Shown in pieces: positions 43,660 through 60,555 of a DNA stretch of 64,000 nucleotides. Below the pieces are notes generated by a model that did no database searches, was not told where the DNA came from, and worked only from the letters and a program-made list of their open reading frames with translations. Source of the stretch: the human T2T-CHM13v2.0 reference genome, Homo sapiens; the NCBI RefSeq assembly GCF_009914755.1, contig NC_060926.1; one strand, 5' to 3'. Both the position numbers and the translations under genes were made by a program. Within the stretch, counting starts at the first letter, position 1. Every line of letters begins with the position of its first letter.

Positions 43660-43912
43660 AAAGTAGTATAGTGATTTAAAGCATGTATTCCTGATTTAGA
43701 TTTCATGGTTCAAATGAAAGATTTCCTCTTTACATGCTCTGTGCATTACAATCCCTCTCTATGTCTTAATTTCTTCACTTTTAAAATGGATATTGAGATA
43801 ATGGATATAATCTTAAAAGTGTAACAAAATATAATACATGCAAAGTACTTGACAGAGCAGCTGGCATATGCTAATGTAATGAATACATATTAGTTATATT
43901 TATTACTATTTT
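43660..43912 (+). mobile_element. MIR
   Basis: agtatagtgatttaaagcatg...ctatgtcttaatttcttcacttttaaaatgg...taatacatgcaaagtactt. Confidence 0.6.
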
Positions 43913-44244
43913 TTAACATTTAGTTCATTTAGTTTCTTGTAAATAAGTATAATTTATTTATATTTATAAAATTGAGAAGTTTCTCTGAAAATGCCAGTGC
44001 AAAAGTTCCTCTTATCATGAAAATTTTTATTTTTTGATACTTTGTTAAGATTAGAAGATGTATCAACCTTCAGGATCAGTAGAAGACTCAATGCTGTTCT
44101 GCTAATTGCCTTTGCTCATAAATACCTATTTGATATAAGATTATTTGAAGTTAAGATATAATAAGGAATATAGGGCTAAAGATAGCAAGCTGCTTCATAC
44201 TATAAACTCTACAAAGGATGCCTAAAAGGTAGGTGAGCCATAAA

Positions 44245-44350
44245 ACTAAGTTCAAATTTCAGCTGTGTCACTTACTATGCAGTTTTAGTCATGTTACTTA
44301 ACCTTCAAAAGCCCTCAGTTTCATCATTTGTAAGATGTGGTTACCATGAG
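44245..44350 (+). mobile_element. MIR core fragment
   Basis: gttcaaatttcagctgtgtcacttacta...ttacttaacc...cctcagtttcatcatttgtaagatg. Confidence 0.65.
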
Positions 44351-45714
44351 TAAATATCTTCCAAAAACTAAGAGTTCAATACATGTATTTTCCAAACTAA
44401 ATTGAATGTTATCTTTTAAGACACTATCCACTCAGAAGTTTTCACATTCTTGAAAAGCAATTTAAATTCTTTTTGTTAAAATTATTTTCTCTTATAAGTT
44501 GACAATAGTTTCTAAAATAAGGATTTTAGATTATACTTATTTACAAGAAACTAAATGTTAAGGATTTTAGCTATTTTTACTTAAAATCTTTGAGAACAAG
44601 AAGACATCCTGAACCAAAACCCTGCAGACATCTAAGATTGCAAAGAGAGAAGCTTGTCCTTTGAGCTTCTTATTTTTCATTTCTTTCTCTAGGCCCAAGT
44701 GGGATATTTCCAGATTTTGCAAACAAACCATATGTTCCCAATGCCTTAATATTAAAAGCTGCCTCATCTTTCTTTTTTAAAGGTGATATTTATAGTCCTC
44801 TCTGTTCTATATGTGAGTTGTTAAGAATTTATCCATGATCATTAGCATTTATTAAAATATTTCTACCAGGTTTCATATAGCAAATTCTATTTGTAAGTTA
44901 GTGCTCCTAGCTGCCATGGGTTAAAGCTGAAATTTCTGGGGACAGCAGGAATTTCAGTAATCTTGATTTTGATTTTTTTCTTATTCTATGTGGTTCTTCA
45001 TTAAATAATAGTACTATTTAGATTTTCAGAATATGACTATGAACATGAGAGGAAGAAAGGAGAGTAGAATTGGTTTACTGGATGACATGGGATATTGGTA
45101 GAAGACAAATTAAGGGAGGTACACATAGCAATTGCAAAAGATATAAACTGCCATGCTAATTTATGTTTTTGTTTGAAACCCAAAGAAGTATACATTTTAT
45201 CTTGTAATTTTTTCTACATGTTAATATTAAAATAAAATTATATCTCCTGGGCAAGTGACAACTCTTAGTTGAGGAATTTTGAAGTGTCAAGCTCTGAAAA
45301 TTTGTTACAAATATTCCATTAAATAAATATTCTTTATACAAATAACTAACAATTTGGTTGTAATTCATTATGCACTTAGTATATTACACACTTAACTTAT
45401 GACAGTAATAGTCCAAGGGTCTTTGAAGCATCAACAATATTTTATTTATGGACGGTACATTAAATTTTTTCAAAGTACTTCACTTACAGTTTCTCATTAG
45501 TTCCTAGATTTTACCAAATTACCTATGACATGATTTCTATGTTAACCCTTATCCTTACACAGGTCATTTCATAAGCCATATTTATCAAAACTGAGCACTT
45601 AATTAAATATTGAAAACTATGCTATTGTATAGCTTTAGGAAAATGATAATGTCTGCAAGGTAAGTAAATATATGACTGCATTTTTTTAAAATTTGAATGT
45701 TAGTTGGTTTAAAA

Positions 45715-45934
45715 CAGAAGTTGGCAAACTATGGCCATTGGGCAAAATTTGGCCTCTGTACCTGTTTTTTTAAATAAGGATTCATTGGAACACAGCCATG
45801 CTCATTCATTGACATATTGTCTATTGTTGCTTTTATGCTACAATGTCAAGCATGAGTAGTTATGGAATAGGAGGTATGATCCACAAAATTTAAATACTGT
45901 TTGTTCCTTTACACAGCAAGTTTGTTGAGCCCCA
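45715..45934 (+). mobile_element. MER58A (hAT-Charlie MITE)
   Basis: cagaagttggcaaactatggcc...ggaacacagccatgctcattc...aagtttgttgagcccc; hAT-like flanks gtttaaaa/atttagag. Confidence 0.85.
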
Positions 45935-46899
45935 ATTTAGAGGTTGCTGGATAGAATGAAAAGCGAATGACTTGGCAAAGAAAATGCTTTATACTCTTCA
46001 GCTCAAATAAAGATGAAGTATAGAACTATTGAGTATCCTAGCAAGAAACAGAATAATTTGACCCAAACTTCAAATGAACTGAGCTTAATAAATAAACTAT
46101 TAGTAAAGGTCAATCAACAAAGGATATTGAAGCAACCTTCCAGCAATTGTAGAAACCCATCACCACCACTAGTCCTTCAGGGGCAAGGGGAGGAAAGAAT
46201 GTTTCAGGAGTCCAATGAGCATGGGAGATAGAAAATAAGGGATTCCCAGCAGGAACTGTCATCATGAGGAGATCTAACCACTGCCAAAACTGAAGAGAGT
46301 GGGAAATAAATACTCCTATGTCTCTTTTCTTCTGCTTCACTCTTCAGCTGGTGTCATCTACTTGCCGAATGGACGGTGAGACAGCCTAGGAGGCAGTGCC
46401 CAGGGTTCAGCCTACTGGATCACAGCTTATGTACAAAAGGACAGAAAACGATTTGAAGTGAGGCAGAGAGAACCAGAAACTAGCACAAGTGACCAGTTGC
46501 TAAACTAGATTAATAGATCTTACTGGATTAATGTGATCTCTCAATTTCTTCTTTGTTTTGATTTAATCACTTTAAAAAAGAGTAAAATAATGCATAAGAA
46601 TATTGGATTAGAATAAAAATTTTAAAAGGAAGTGTTAAGAGTGAAAAGAACTTGGGAAATGACAATAGTGACAGATTAATGACAAAGAGCACATTTTAAA
46701 ACCTGACTGCCATGAACAGACATTTCTATCATTTTAAATGAAATTGTATTTATATGTTCAGTTTGGCTTGTTTTTAAATGTACTTTTCATAGAAAAGTTT
46801 AATTATACACTTATTAGATACCTTTACTTGGATGATTCAATAAATCCAGGCATGTCCTTTTCTATTGTGTGCTATCAGTCCATAGTACCAACAACAGTA

Positions 46900-47685
46900 A
46901 AGTTACATAAGCCAGAAATAGAAGAGGCATTTTTGACATCTTCATCTCTCTTACAATTTGTCAGCAATATTTGTTGGTTTTATTTTCTAAATATATCTTA
47001 TATTTCTCCACTTCTGTCCATCTCCACTGCCAATAATCTAGAGCGACTTTCATCTCTTACCAGGATTGCTTATTAACTGATCCCCATTTATCAACTCAGA
47101 CCTGCACAAATTGTAGAACATTTATTTTAAAACGGTCAAAAGTGAAATGTCTCCCTTAAAATTCTTCAGCAAGATTTGCTGCTTAGAATCTGAACCAAAA
47201 TCTTATAAAATTCTGGGTCTAAATCCTGCCTTCCTGGCAAGCTTCATCTCCCATAAATTGCATTTAAACCTTTGCAGCCCAGACACTCAGCTCCCTTAGT
47301 TCTTCACAGTTATACCACATTCACGCCCACCATAAGGCCTTTGCACAGGTTGTTCCTTTCATCTGAAATGATCTGTTCCCAACACAGCCACCTTCTACTT
47401 GATTGAGTTAACTCTTTCTAATCCTTTAGCTTTCAGCTAGGTGAAGCTTCCTCAGGGTAATACTTCTTTAATTACTTCCAGATTATTTGTAATATTTTTT
47501 CATAGACCCATGTTACTTTCAGTTTGCAGTTATGCATAACCAAGGGGACGATTTGGTTAATATCTAGGAAGATAATGTAAGTTTCACAGAGCCCAGACAT
47601 GTTTTTGATCACCAATTTATCCTTAGCACCTAGCACAAAGTATAAATTGAACAGGTTCTCAGTAATTACGTAATACTTGAATAGG
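46900..47685 (+). mobile_element. L2 3' region
   Basis: ccacttctgtccatctccactgcc; ggcctttgcacaggttgttcc; agcacctagcaca. Confidence 0.7.
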
Positions 47686-47917
47686 TGTTTTTATGCAAGT
47701 GGAATATAAATGCTGAGTTGCTAAGAGATGGAATGTTCTGGTTTAAAACTAGATTTGCGAATTCAAATCTACTCTTCTATAGCCAGCTTTGTGTTGCTGT
47801 TGGGGTTAGACGGCAAACGACTTTTCCTTTGTAAACTGGCTTCCTGCCAATACGGAGAACTAGAGGAAAAATTGGAAGCTAGGAGAAAGGAAAGAGGGAT
47901 TTCCCCCTTTCTCTTAA

Positions 47918-48140
47918 CTTTTATTTTTACTTTTAGCGGCTTGAGATATGACTGATATACAAAAAGCTGTTTAATGCATACAACTTGATGTGTTTTCAGT
48001 TAAATATACACTGTCAAACTATCAATGCCATAAATGTATCCATCTTCTCCTAAAGTTTTCTTTTATTCTTCCCATTTTTCTCCTTTTATGGTAAAGGCAT
48101 TTAATATAAGTTCTATCCTGTTAGAAAATGTTTAAATATT
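47918..48140 (-). mobile_element. L1MA9/10-like 3' end fragment
   Basis: ttgagatatgactgatatacaaaaagctg...tttaatgcatacaacttgatg. Confidence 0.6.
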
Positions 48141-48149
48141 TGCTTTAAA

Positions 48150-49960
48150 CTGGGCCAATGGGAGAGCAGTGAATTGTGGGTATGGATGCTTTCCCTGTCA
48201 ATATTACCATCTGTAAACTTGTGGAATGACTTACTCCACACATATATCATGCGATATTTTTCATCACCAAAGAACTCATTTTACTGTGAAAGAGGTAGAG
48301 CAATGGTCATTCCCATAGAATCAATGGTCTTACCACAAAACCTACCACTCTGAAGAAGCTGGTCTGAGAGTATGGTTTTTTTCAAAAGCCTATTAAAGAC
48401 TCGGTTATGGTGCCAGTTTGAAAATAAATGCCTTGAAATATTGGGCACTGTGGTGATTAATATTAGGTGGCAACTTGATTGGATTGAAGGATGCCTAGGT
48501 AGGTAATTAAATATTGTCTCTGGATATGTCTGTGAGGGTGCTGCCAGGGAGATTAACATTTGAGTCAGTGCACTGGGAGAGGAAGACCCACCCTTAGTGT
48601 AGGTGGGCACCATCCAATCGGCTGCCAGCGCAACTAGAACAAAGCAGGCGGAAGAAGGTAGGATAACCTGGCTTGCTGGGTCTTCTGGCTTTCATCTTTC
48701 TCCCGTGCTGGATACTTCCATCCGTTCCTCTTGCCCCTGGATATCAGACTCCAGGTTCTTTGGCCTTTGGACTGTTGGACTTAACAGTGGTTTGCCGGGG
48801 GTTTCTCGGGCCCTTTGGCCTCAGACTGAGGGCTGCACTGTTGGCTTCCCTACTTTTGAGGCTTTCGGATTCAGACTGAGCCACTACTGGTTTCTTTCTT
48901 CCTCTGCTTGCAGATGGCCTATAGTGGGACTTCGCCTTGTGATCCTGTGAGCCAATCCTCCTTAATAAACTCCCTTTTATATATCCATATATCCTTTAAT
49001 TCTGTCCCCCTGGAGAATCCTAATACAGGCACTATCTTATATATTATAGATTGTATATTTAATCGGCAATCAATACATAGTGCTCTTTTTTCCGGAAGAA
49101 GTAAAAATGACTCTTCTTGCTATTACACCTAATAATTCATTCAGAGAATTTTTATTCCTGACGCAGGAATTTGGGGACTACAGCTTTGAGGTCTTAATTA
49201 TTAGGGGAGGAAAGCTTTTATCAGAACACATAACAACGGCTCCATTGATCTCAAAGTTAAGATCATCACTTGACCATTTTGGGCTCTATGTCAATTAGCC
49301 AATACATAAAGAAGAAGATAATAGAAATAATGGCTCCTGATTATTAACAATAAAATAGATTTTTGCTATATGATGACTTTGTCTGAAACACTGGGAATTC
49401 TATCAGATGATTATTACTCCCATATCCGAAGATAAAAGTTAATGGAAAACCACTGTGGGGGAAAGGTGATTTTTTTTTCTAGTTAATCATCAGGTAAAGA
49501 ATCACAACAATAGAAAATGTTGACTTAAGGGAAAATGGAATGACCTATGGAATGAGTTATAAATATCAACTACAACTTTATGGCCATTTGTAGAAAAAAA
49601 GGACAGTAGTAGCTGTACATACCATCTCTTTGGTTATTATATACACATATATTTGTCTATGTTAACTAATTTGATTTTTCCTTTCCCTTTCCTCTTATCA
49701 TTTCATATAAGGATTATTGGAAATTGTTAATGTTAGAATTTATTCTTTAGCTTTCCATACATTCAAGTAGAACTGTGACTGAATTAGAGGAGTATTATCA
49801 TTGCTTGCGGATGGAGACAGGTACTGTTGGAATTTTGTGTCTATCCTTTTTGGAATGAGGATGAGTAGTACATCTTTGTTTGCACAAAGGCTGGTTGATT
49901 CTTGTTAAAGAGAAGCATATAATGTTGTTCAAATAAATGTATATAAATGCTTAATAACTA
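48150..49960 (+). mobile_element. Ancient ERVL internal region (degenerate integrase and dUTPase-like), interrupted by MLT2A
   Basis: ~48262-48375 reads HHQRTHFTVKEVEQWSFP*NQWSYHKTYHSEEAGL (cf. ERVL integrase DQGTHFTAKEV..HWSYH..HHPEAAGL); ORF 49080-49298 LAITPNN...EVLIIRGG...KLRSSLDHFGL (cf. ERVL LTITP..EVLVPEGG..KLRLPPGHFGL). Confidence 0.75.
48449..49027 (+). mobile_element. MLT2A (HERV-L) solo LTR
   Basis: tgtggtgattaatatt...caacttgattggattgaaggatgc...ccctggagaatcctaataca; 5-bp TSD ggcac at 48444-48448 and 49028-49032. Confidence 0.92.
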
Positions 49961-49964
49961 AAAC

Positions 49965-50640
49965 AGTGAAATGTGCTTGTTTTTAAGCTCTTGTCTCTGG
50001 TCCAAATCTATTCTTCTGTCCTCACTTTGCGATGTTGAGCTGAGATCCAGTAGTGTGATAGAGCCAAATCATACCAACACACAAGACCCAATTGTCAAAT
50101 TTTCAGGAACTTTGAGAGCTAGCTGTTAAATAGTTATTATTTTAAAAATATGTAAACCTAATATTAAATAAATACTAAATATAAAAAATGAATACTCAAA
50201 ACATCACTACTTAAGTAATACATCTTCTTATTATCTACTTTGAAGGAATTTACATCAACTGTATTTGTATTGTAGCTGAGTAATATCTTTGTACTGTTTC
50301 TTCATGTTGGTATATTGAAATCAATTATGATGGAAATATGTACACCATAAAAATAGGCAAGCTCTAAAAATAAGGGCTTTTTCAGAATCTGTTAAACATA
50401 TAGCAGTATACCACTAATTGGGACACTGTAATAAAATTTTATTTATCAGTTAATCATCTTAATAGGTTGTGACAATAGATGCCACCATCACAGGGAGATT
50501 AAAAGGCGGGATGATAAGAGAAATTTCCTTCTTCTTGTTTGATTGCTATTCTTGTTAATAACTTAATGCCAATATAAGCACTTCACCCTGGCAGCAGCAG
50601 TTGGCTCTAATCTTCGCTTATTTCAACACTGCTAGTACCA
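49965..50640 (+). mobile_element. Old ERVL LTR (LTR40/41-like), probable 3' LTR, split by MER63
   Basis: Follows the ERVL internal region; gtccaaatctattcttctgtcctc...cacttcaccctggcagcagcagttgg. Confidence 0.4.
50048..50416 (+). mobile_element. MER63-family (hAT-Blackjack) element
   Basis: TIRs cagtagtgtgatag ... tagcagtataccacta; internal aaattttcaggaactttg. Confidence 0.7.
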
Positions 50641-51652
50641 CACTGGATTCCAAAGAGTAATAGTTTGAAATCTTAGAGATAGGATGATAAAATGTAGTTA
50701 CATCTCAGTGATATTGTGGGTTCAGTTCCAGGATACCATAATGAAGTGAATATCACAATTAAGTGAGTCACACAACTTTTTATTTCTCAGTGCATATAAA
50801 ATTTATATTTACACTATGGTTTAGCTATTAAATGTGCAATGGTATTTTGTCTAAAATATGTGTATTCCTTAATTTAAAAATACTTTATTGCTAAAAAATG
50901 TTAACAGTCATCTGAGTCTTCACTGAGTCATAATCTTTTTCTTTGATGGAGAGCCTTCCTCAGTGATGTTGGCTGCAGACTGATTAGGGTGTGCTTGCTG
51001 AAGGTTGTTGTGGCTATGGCATTTCTTAAAATAAGGTAACAATGAAGTTTCCCATGTCAATTGACTCTTATTTTCACAAAAGATTCCTCTACAGCATGCA
51101 AATGCTGTTTGACAGTAGAACTTCTTTCAAAATTGGAGTCAATCATCTCAAATTCTCCACTGTTTTATCAACTAAGTTGATGTAATACCCTACATCCTTT
51201 GTTATTTCAACAATGGTCACAGCATTTTCCTCAGAAGTAGATTCTATCTCAAGAAACCACTTTCTTTGCTCATGCATATGAAGCAACTTTTAATCCATTC
51301 AAGTTTTTATCTTGATTTTATAGCAATGCAACCATACCTTCAGGCTCTACTTTTAGTTCTAGTTTTCTTGCTATTTTCACTTCATCTGCAGTTACTTCCT
51401 ACACTGAAGCCTTGAACCTCTCAAAGTCATCTATGAGAGTTGGAATCAACTTCTTCCAAGGTCCTGTTGATGATGGTACTTTAGCTTCTTCCCATGAATC
51501 ACAAATGTTGTTAATGGCATCTAGAAGGGTCAGTACTTTCCAGAAGATTTTTTGCTTACTTTGCCCAGATCCATCAGAGAAATCACTATCTACTCCAGAT
51601 ACAGCCTTAAAAAAATGTATTTCTTCAATAATAAGACTTGAAAGTCAAAATT

Positions 51653-54524
<2,872 letters not shown>

Positions 54525-56882
54525 AAAGAAATATTTTTTTCCTGAGCAGTAGGTCTCAACAGCAAGCTTAAAGTGTTCAATAAACCATGCTGTAAAGAGA
54601 TATACTGTCATTCGGGCTTCATTGTACCATTATGGAGCATGGGCAGAACAGATTTAGCATAATTGTTAAGGGCCCTAGAGTATTCAGAATGGTAAACGAG
54701 AATTTGCCTCAACTTAAAGTTACCAGCTGCATTAGCCCCTAACAAGAGAGTCAGCCTGTTCTTTCAAGCTTTAAAGCCAGGTATTGACTTCTCCTTTCCA
54801 GCTAAGAAAGTCCTAGATGGCATTCTCTTCCAATAGAAGGTTTTTTTGGTCTATATTGAAAATCTGTTATATAGTGTAGCCACCTTCATCAGTGGTCTTA
54901 GCTAGATCTTATGGATAACTTTGCTGCAGCTTCTACGTCAGCATTTGCTGCTTCACCTTATGCTTTTATGTTATGGAGATGATCACTTTCCTTAAGCCTT
55001 ATGAACCCACCTCTGCTAGCTTCAGACTTTTCTTCTGCAGCTTTCTCACATTCATAAAATTGAAGAGCGAGTTAGGGCCTTGCTCTGGATTAGGCTTTGT
55101 TGTGGTTGATTTAATCTTCTATCCAGACTACTAAAACTATCTCCATATTAGCAGTAAGGCTATTTTGCTTTCTTATCAGGCATGTGTTCACTGGAGTAGC
55201 ACTTTTAATTTCTTTCAAGAACTTTTTCTTTATATGCACAACCTGACTAACTGTTTGGCTCTAGAGGACTACCTTTTGGCCTGTCTCAGCTTTCAACATG
55301 CCTTCCTCACTAATCTTAATTATTTCTAGTATATTACTTCAAGTGAGAAATGTGTGACTATTCCTTTCACTTGAACACTTAGAGGCCTTTGTAGCATTAT
55401 TAAGTAGCCTAATATCAATGTTGTTTTGTTTCTGGGAATACGGAGGCCCAAGAGAAGGAGGGAAATGAAGGAATGGCCAGTTGGTGGAGCAGTCAGAACA
55501 TACACATTTACTGATTAAGTTTACCATCTTATATGCGTGCGGTTCACAGTGCCCCAAAACAATTACGTTAGTAACATCAAAAATCACTAATCAAAGATCA
55601 CTATAACAGATAAAATAATAATGAAAAAGCTTGAAATATTATGGTAATTAATAAAATGTGACACAGAGTTACAAAGTGAGCACATGCTGTTGAAAAAATG
55701 GTACCCATAGACTTGTTTAATGCAGGGTTGCCACAAACCTTCGATTTGTAAAATACACAATATCTGCGAAACATAATAGAATGACATATGACTATATGCC
55801 TAATTCCTATTGAATTTTTCACCTTTGACCCTATTCAAAAAGAGACCCAGCCTGGTTTTGACAGTTCTTAAATTGGATTCTATTTAATCGTGTTATATTT
55901 TTATTATTCATTGTAATTTGATATTTAGTATATGATATCTGACAGACGTTATATGCTAAATATACTCATGTCACAAATTTCTCAAATCTTTTTGGTCCTA
56001 CATGTTTCCTTCTCTTCTCCTCCTGAAGTTACTTCTTAAAACTCATGGAATTATTCTTTCTGTAGCTAAAAACAAATAATGTTATCTTTTAAATTATTTA
56101 TTATTTTCCTCATATTCAAAATAGAGTCTATGAACACCTCTCCTTCATTTACATGAAGAACTACTTAAAAATTAATTATAACAATGTCAACAGATTTATA
56201 TAAATGTTTAATTATTTTTTCATGAGCGAATATTTTAAATTACTGACAATTGAATCACACACCCACACAGTGAAACAATCACATCATTCTTATTGTGAAG
56301 TATAATAGTGAAAGTTAGGCCAGATGGTCTTGTCTTATTTTATTCTGTTTTTTCTTTTTTTTTTTTTTTTTTTTGGTAAGATTCATACCTAGTTAGAGAA
56401 GCCTTTTGTGAACTCTTATATCTTATATGATGACCTAATTTATCTGTTAATGATCAACAATACAAAGTTAACAATAATCCTTTATTTTTGTCATACATGA
56501 TGCCTTGCTCATATAATATTTATTCACATTTTTTCTGCTATAATATCTTCCAGTAACAGTGTGTTAGTGTGTATACATCCAACGTGTGTAAGCAAAGCTT
56601 TCTTCTTTTTCATATTGCTATTTATTACATTTAGTGATTAGCTATTCAGTGGGAAGCACTAGTAATAGTTACTAAATTTTCATATTTTACAAGTGACTAC
56701 TGTTAAATATAATGTAAATATACTCTTTACAAATATAAAAAAATGCCAGCTTTCAGCAATATCTTGGATTTGTAAACATGTCATGTAATTTACCCTTGTT
56801 TTCCTTATACTTCATTTTGTAGTATTATTTTCCACCTTCTGAAATATAGAGCTTTGTTAATGTGATGGAAGCCTCACTAATA

Positions 56883-57221
56883 CAGCCATTCATCTCTTAA
56901 TGACGGAGTCATGTTCTGAGAAGTGTATTATTCAGCAATTTCATCCTTGTGCAAACATCGTAGAGTGTACTTACACAAACCTATGGTATAGCATACCACA
57001 CACTTGGGCTTTGTGGACTAGCCTATTGCTCCTAAGCTACAAACGTATACATGTTACTGTACTGAATTCTGAAGGCAATTGTAACACAATGGTATCTGTG
57101 TATCTAAACATCTCTTAACAAAGAAAAGGTACTGTAAAAATAGGATATCATAATCTTATGGGACCACCTTCCTGTATGCGGTCCATCATTGACTGAAATG
57201 TCATTATGTGACACATGGCTT
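56883..57221 (-). mobile_element. Tigger3a-like MITE
   Basis: atgttctgagaagtgtatt...gcaaacatcgtagagtgtacttacacaaacc...taatcttatgggaccacc. Confidence 0.8.
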
Positions 57222-57789
57222 AAAATAATTTAGCACCCATTCTTCTGCCTTCAGAAAGATCTTAAACAAAATTACCCCATATACACAAAACACTAATGTA
57301 CCAAGGGACTGAAATTTTAACTCTCTAAAAAGGAAAATGGCTTATTACTGGCAGTTCAGGTAGATCAGGAGAGAGCTGGTTAAGTGCCTATAATTGATTT
57401 AAGAGGGGACTACAAAATCAAGAAGTTTCAATAATGTCTTCTCATATATTATGTTAAGAATCATAAGAAGTGACTGTGAAATACAATTAAACTAAGGTAA
57501 TTAAATAATCAAGTGACCTGGTCCACTTGTGTTTGTTCAGGTTATTTAGAGATTCCCCAGGCATATCACATTAACTTGATCATACTTAATATTCATCAAT
57601 AAAATAATTTATCTCTAGAAAAATTTTTTTCTTAAAGATATAAGAAAAAATCAGGATATTATGAATTTATGGGTCTTTGTGTTTTCTCTTAATATTTTTA
57701 AATATGAAAACCCTCCTAGAATTCATAGAGTAGATGGATTTATCATTGCTAGTATTTTAATCATTTTTTGCCTATTGCATTATTTTTAA

Positions 57790-59196
57790 GAAAATCTCAT
57801 TGAGGTAAATTACATATTATATACTATGTAAATTTCCATGCAATAAATTCACAGCAGATGTACACCAAAATTGGTATACAATTTTTCAGGCTTCGATAAA
57901 TGGGTGTGGTTGGATAACACTACATTCAGCATGTTGCATTTCATCATCCTCAAACTCTTTGCTCATGTCCCTATGCAGACAATCTTCCTCCCAACTCCAG
58001 CTGCTGGCAATGTTTAATCAGTAATCTGTCCCCGTAGTTTTTCCTGTTTCCTAGTGTCACATCAATGGAGTTTGAAATTAATCCATGTTGTTGCAAATAT
58101 CACTAGTATATTTCTTTAAATTACTGAAAAATAGTTCACTGTGTGGATGTGCCACAGTTTATTTCATTCTTCAGTTGAATGAGTTGAATGGCATTTGGAT
58201 ATTTTCCAGTTTTGGTTAAGTTTACATAAAACATCTCTAACATTTATGTGTAAGTTTTTCTGCGTGAACCCATGTTTATTCTGTTAGGTAAATACTTAAG
58301 AGCAGACTCGCTGGTTGGGTGGTAACGTAGGTTTAACTTTAGAAGAAATTGTCAAACTGATTTCCAAATAGCTATGATGTTTTGCATCCCAACCAGCAAT
58401 GTATGAAAGATACAGCTTCTACAATTTTTTTAGCACATCTTATTGTCAGTTTTAATTTTTGTTTTTGTTTTTTTTAAATGACCAGCCTAAATATGTTTGT
58501 AATTTATCTCACTGTGGTATTAATTTATATTCCCTCAATAACTAATGTTCATCATTTTCTCATATGTTTATTTCCCCTTTCTCATACATTTATCATCTGA
58601 TCAAGCACTCATTAAAACTCTTGCCTATTATTTTATTGGGTTATTTGTTTTCTTAGTATTGAGTTGTGAAAGGTTTTTAATATGTTCATAATGCAAGTTT
58701 TTTTATTAGATTACTATGTGGAAATTTTTCTCTTACTCCATAGCTGATATTTTCACTCTCTTAACAGTCTTTCAAAGAACAGATGTTTTTAATTTTCATA
58801 AAATTAATTCATCAACAAAATTCCTATAGATTGTGTTTTTGGTGTCATATCTAAGAAATATGGGTCACAACAATGTTTGTGTATTGTTTTCCCACCCATA
58901 TCATGGTCTTATATTTAACAGATCTATGATGTATGTATTTCGAGTTATTTCTTTATATGGTATAAGTAATGGGTTGAGGTTCATTTTGTTGGATGGATGC
59001 CTAATTATTCAATTATTTTTTGAAAAGACTATATTTTTTCATTTACTTAGCTTGCATTTTTGTCAACAGTCAATTTATCATATGTGTATGGTTCTATCTA
59101 TAGTCTCTCATATTGGCCTTGTATACTGTGCCATTGCTTATTTACTTAATACTTCCAGTAGCTTTTTTGTAGATACTTTGAGATTTTTTTCATAGA
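57790..59196 (-). mobile_element. Old L1MC/MD 3' region; host element continuing in pieces at ~60345-60548, ~61725-62386 and ~63048-64000
   Basis: atccatgttgttgca; ggtaaatacttaagag; tttgcatcccaaccagcaatgtatga. Confidence 0.7.
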
Positions 59197-59729
59197 TGTA
59201 GTGTTTAATTTTATGTGTCAACTTGAGTGGGCTATAGAGTACCCAGATATTGGGTCAAACATTGGTGTTGCTGGGTGTTTGTGGATGAGTTTAACATTAA
59301 ATTGATAGGCTGAGTAAAGCATGTTGTCCTCCATAATGTGAGTTTGTCTCATCCAATCAGTTGAAAGCTTGAATAGAACAAAAAAAAGGTGACCCTCCTC
59401 TGAATAAGAGGCAATTCTTCCTGCCTGATACCCTCGAAACTGAGATATTGGGTTGTTTTCCCATCTTCATACTCAAACTGACACGTTAGTTCTTCCTAAG
59501 TTTAAAGCCTGCCAGTCTGGAACTACACCATCAGCTCTTCTGCTTCTGAGGCTCTTGGACTCAAACTGGAACTCTACTATTGGCTTTTCTGGGTTCCCAC
59601 CTTTCTATTGCAGTTCTTGGGACTTATTAGCCTCCATAATTGTGTGAGCCAATTCTTCATAATAAATCTTTTTCTATATACACACAAGTCCTATTAGTTC
59701 GATATCTCTGGAGACCCCTGACTAATACA
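59197..59729 (+). mobile_element. MLT2 (B/C-like) ERVL 5' LTR
   Basis: tgtagtgtttaattttatgtgtcaacttga...catccaatcagttgaa...ccctgactaataca. Confidence 0.85.
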
Positions 59730-60152
59730 GATTGTGGAATCAATAGTAGTTCTAGAAGAACAGAATATTAAGGTTGGGTTTTCTGAATTGATTGTGGGGT
59801 TTCTAGAATTGTCTCTGTAATCTGATTAAATTTAAAGACACTAATAATTCTATTCCCAGTAGTAAAGAGAGCACTGATACCTCATCTGGCAAGAGATATC
59901 CCTAATGTCACTATTGAACACTCAACAATGACAAATTATGAATCAATTACTTATAAGAAGCAAGGATGTGGGTGACTGTGTAGCATCTGATAATTCCAAA
60001 CGTTAATGAGATGGACTGGTTGGTCATAATGTCACTGGACAAAGTGAGCAAAGAAAAGCATACGGTCAGGGATTCAAATTTTTAGCTCAGGTGTTGGATA
60101 AATTACCTGAAAGCTGCCAAGTACACCCTGAAAGAGAGAGACCTTATCGCCT
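59730..60152 (+). mobile_element. ERVL internal 5' region (PBS and leader/gag start), truncated
   Basis: Directly after the LTR: gattgtggaatcaatagtagttctagaagaacagaatattaagg...agtagtaaagagagcactgata. Confidence 0.75.
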
Positions 60153-60342
60153 CAGTAGAGAGTAGAATGGTGGTTCCCAGAGGCTGGGGGTAGGGGGAGT
60201 AGATGGGGAAAGGGAGATGTTCGTCAAAGGGTACAAAGTTTCACTTGGAGAGGAGGAGTAAGTTCTGGTTATCCACTGCACAGCATGGTGACTATCATTA
60301 ATAGTAATGTATATTTTTTAAATGGCTAAAGAGAGGATTGTA
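60153..60342 (+). mobile_element. L1MA-type 3'UTR internal fragment
   Basis: agtagagagtagaatggtggtt...aaagggtacaaagtttca...gcacagcatggtgactat. Confidence 0.8.
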
Positions 60343-60555
60343 TTCATTCCATATTAAACCTGGGAATATGTTGTTGAGGATTTTCTGAGGGATACGTTCA
60401 TGAGGTATATTGATCTCTAGTTTTCTTATGCTAGTCTGATTTTATTTAATAATATTGGCTTGTAAAATTTGTTGGGAAATATTTGCCTTTTATATTTTCT
60501 GGAATATTTCATGTAGACTTGGTATTTTTTCTTTCTTAAATGTTTAGGGTAATAA

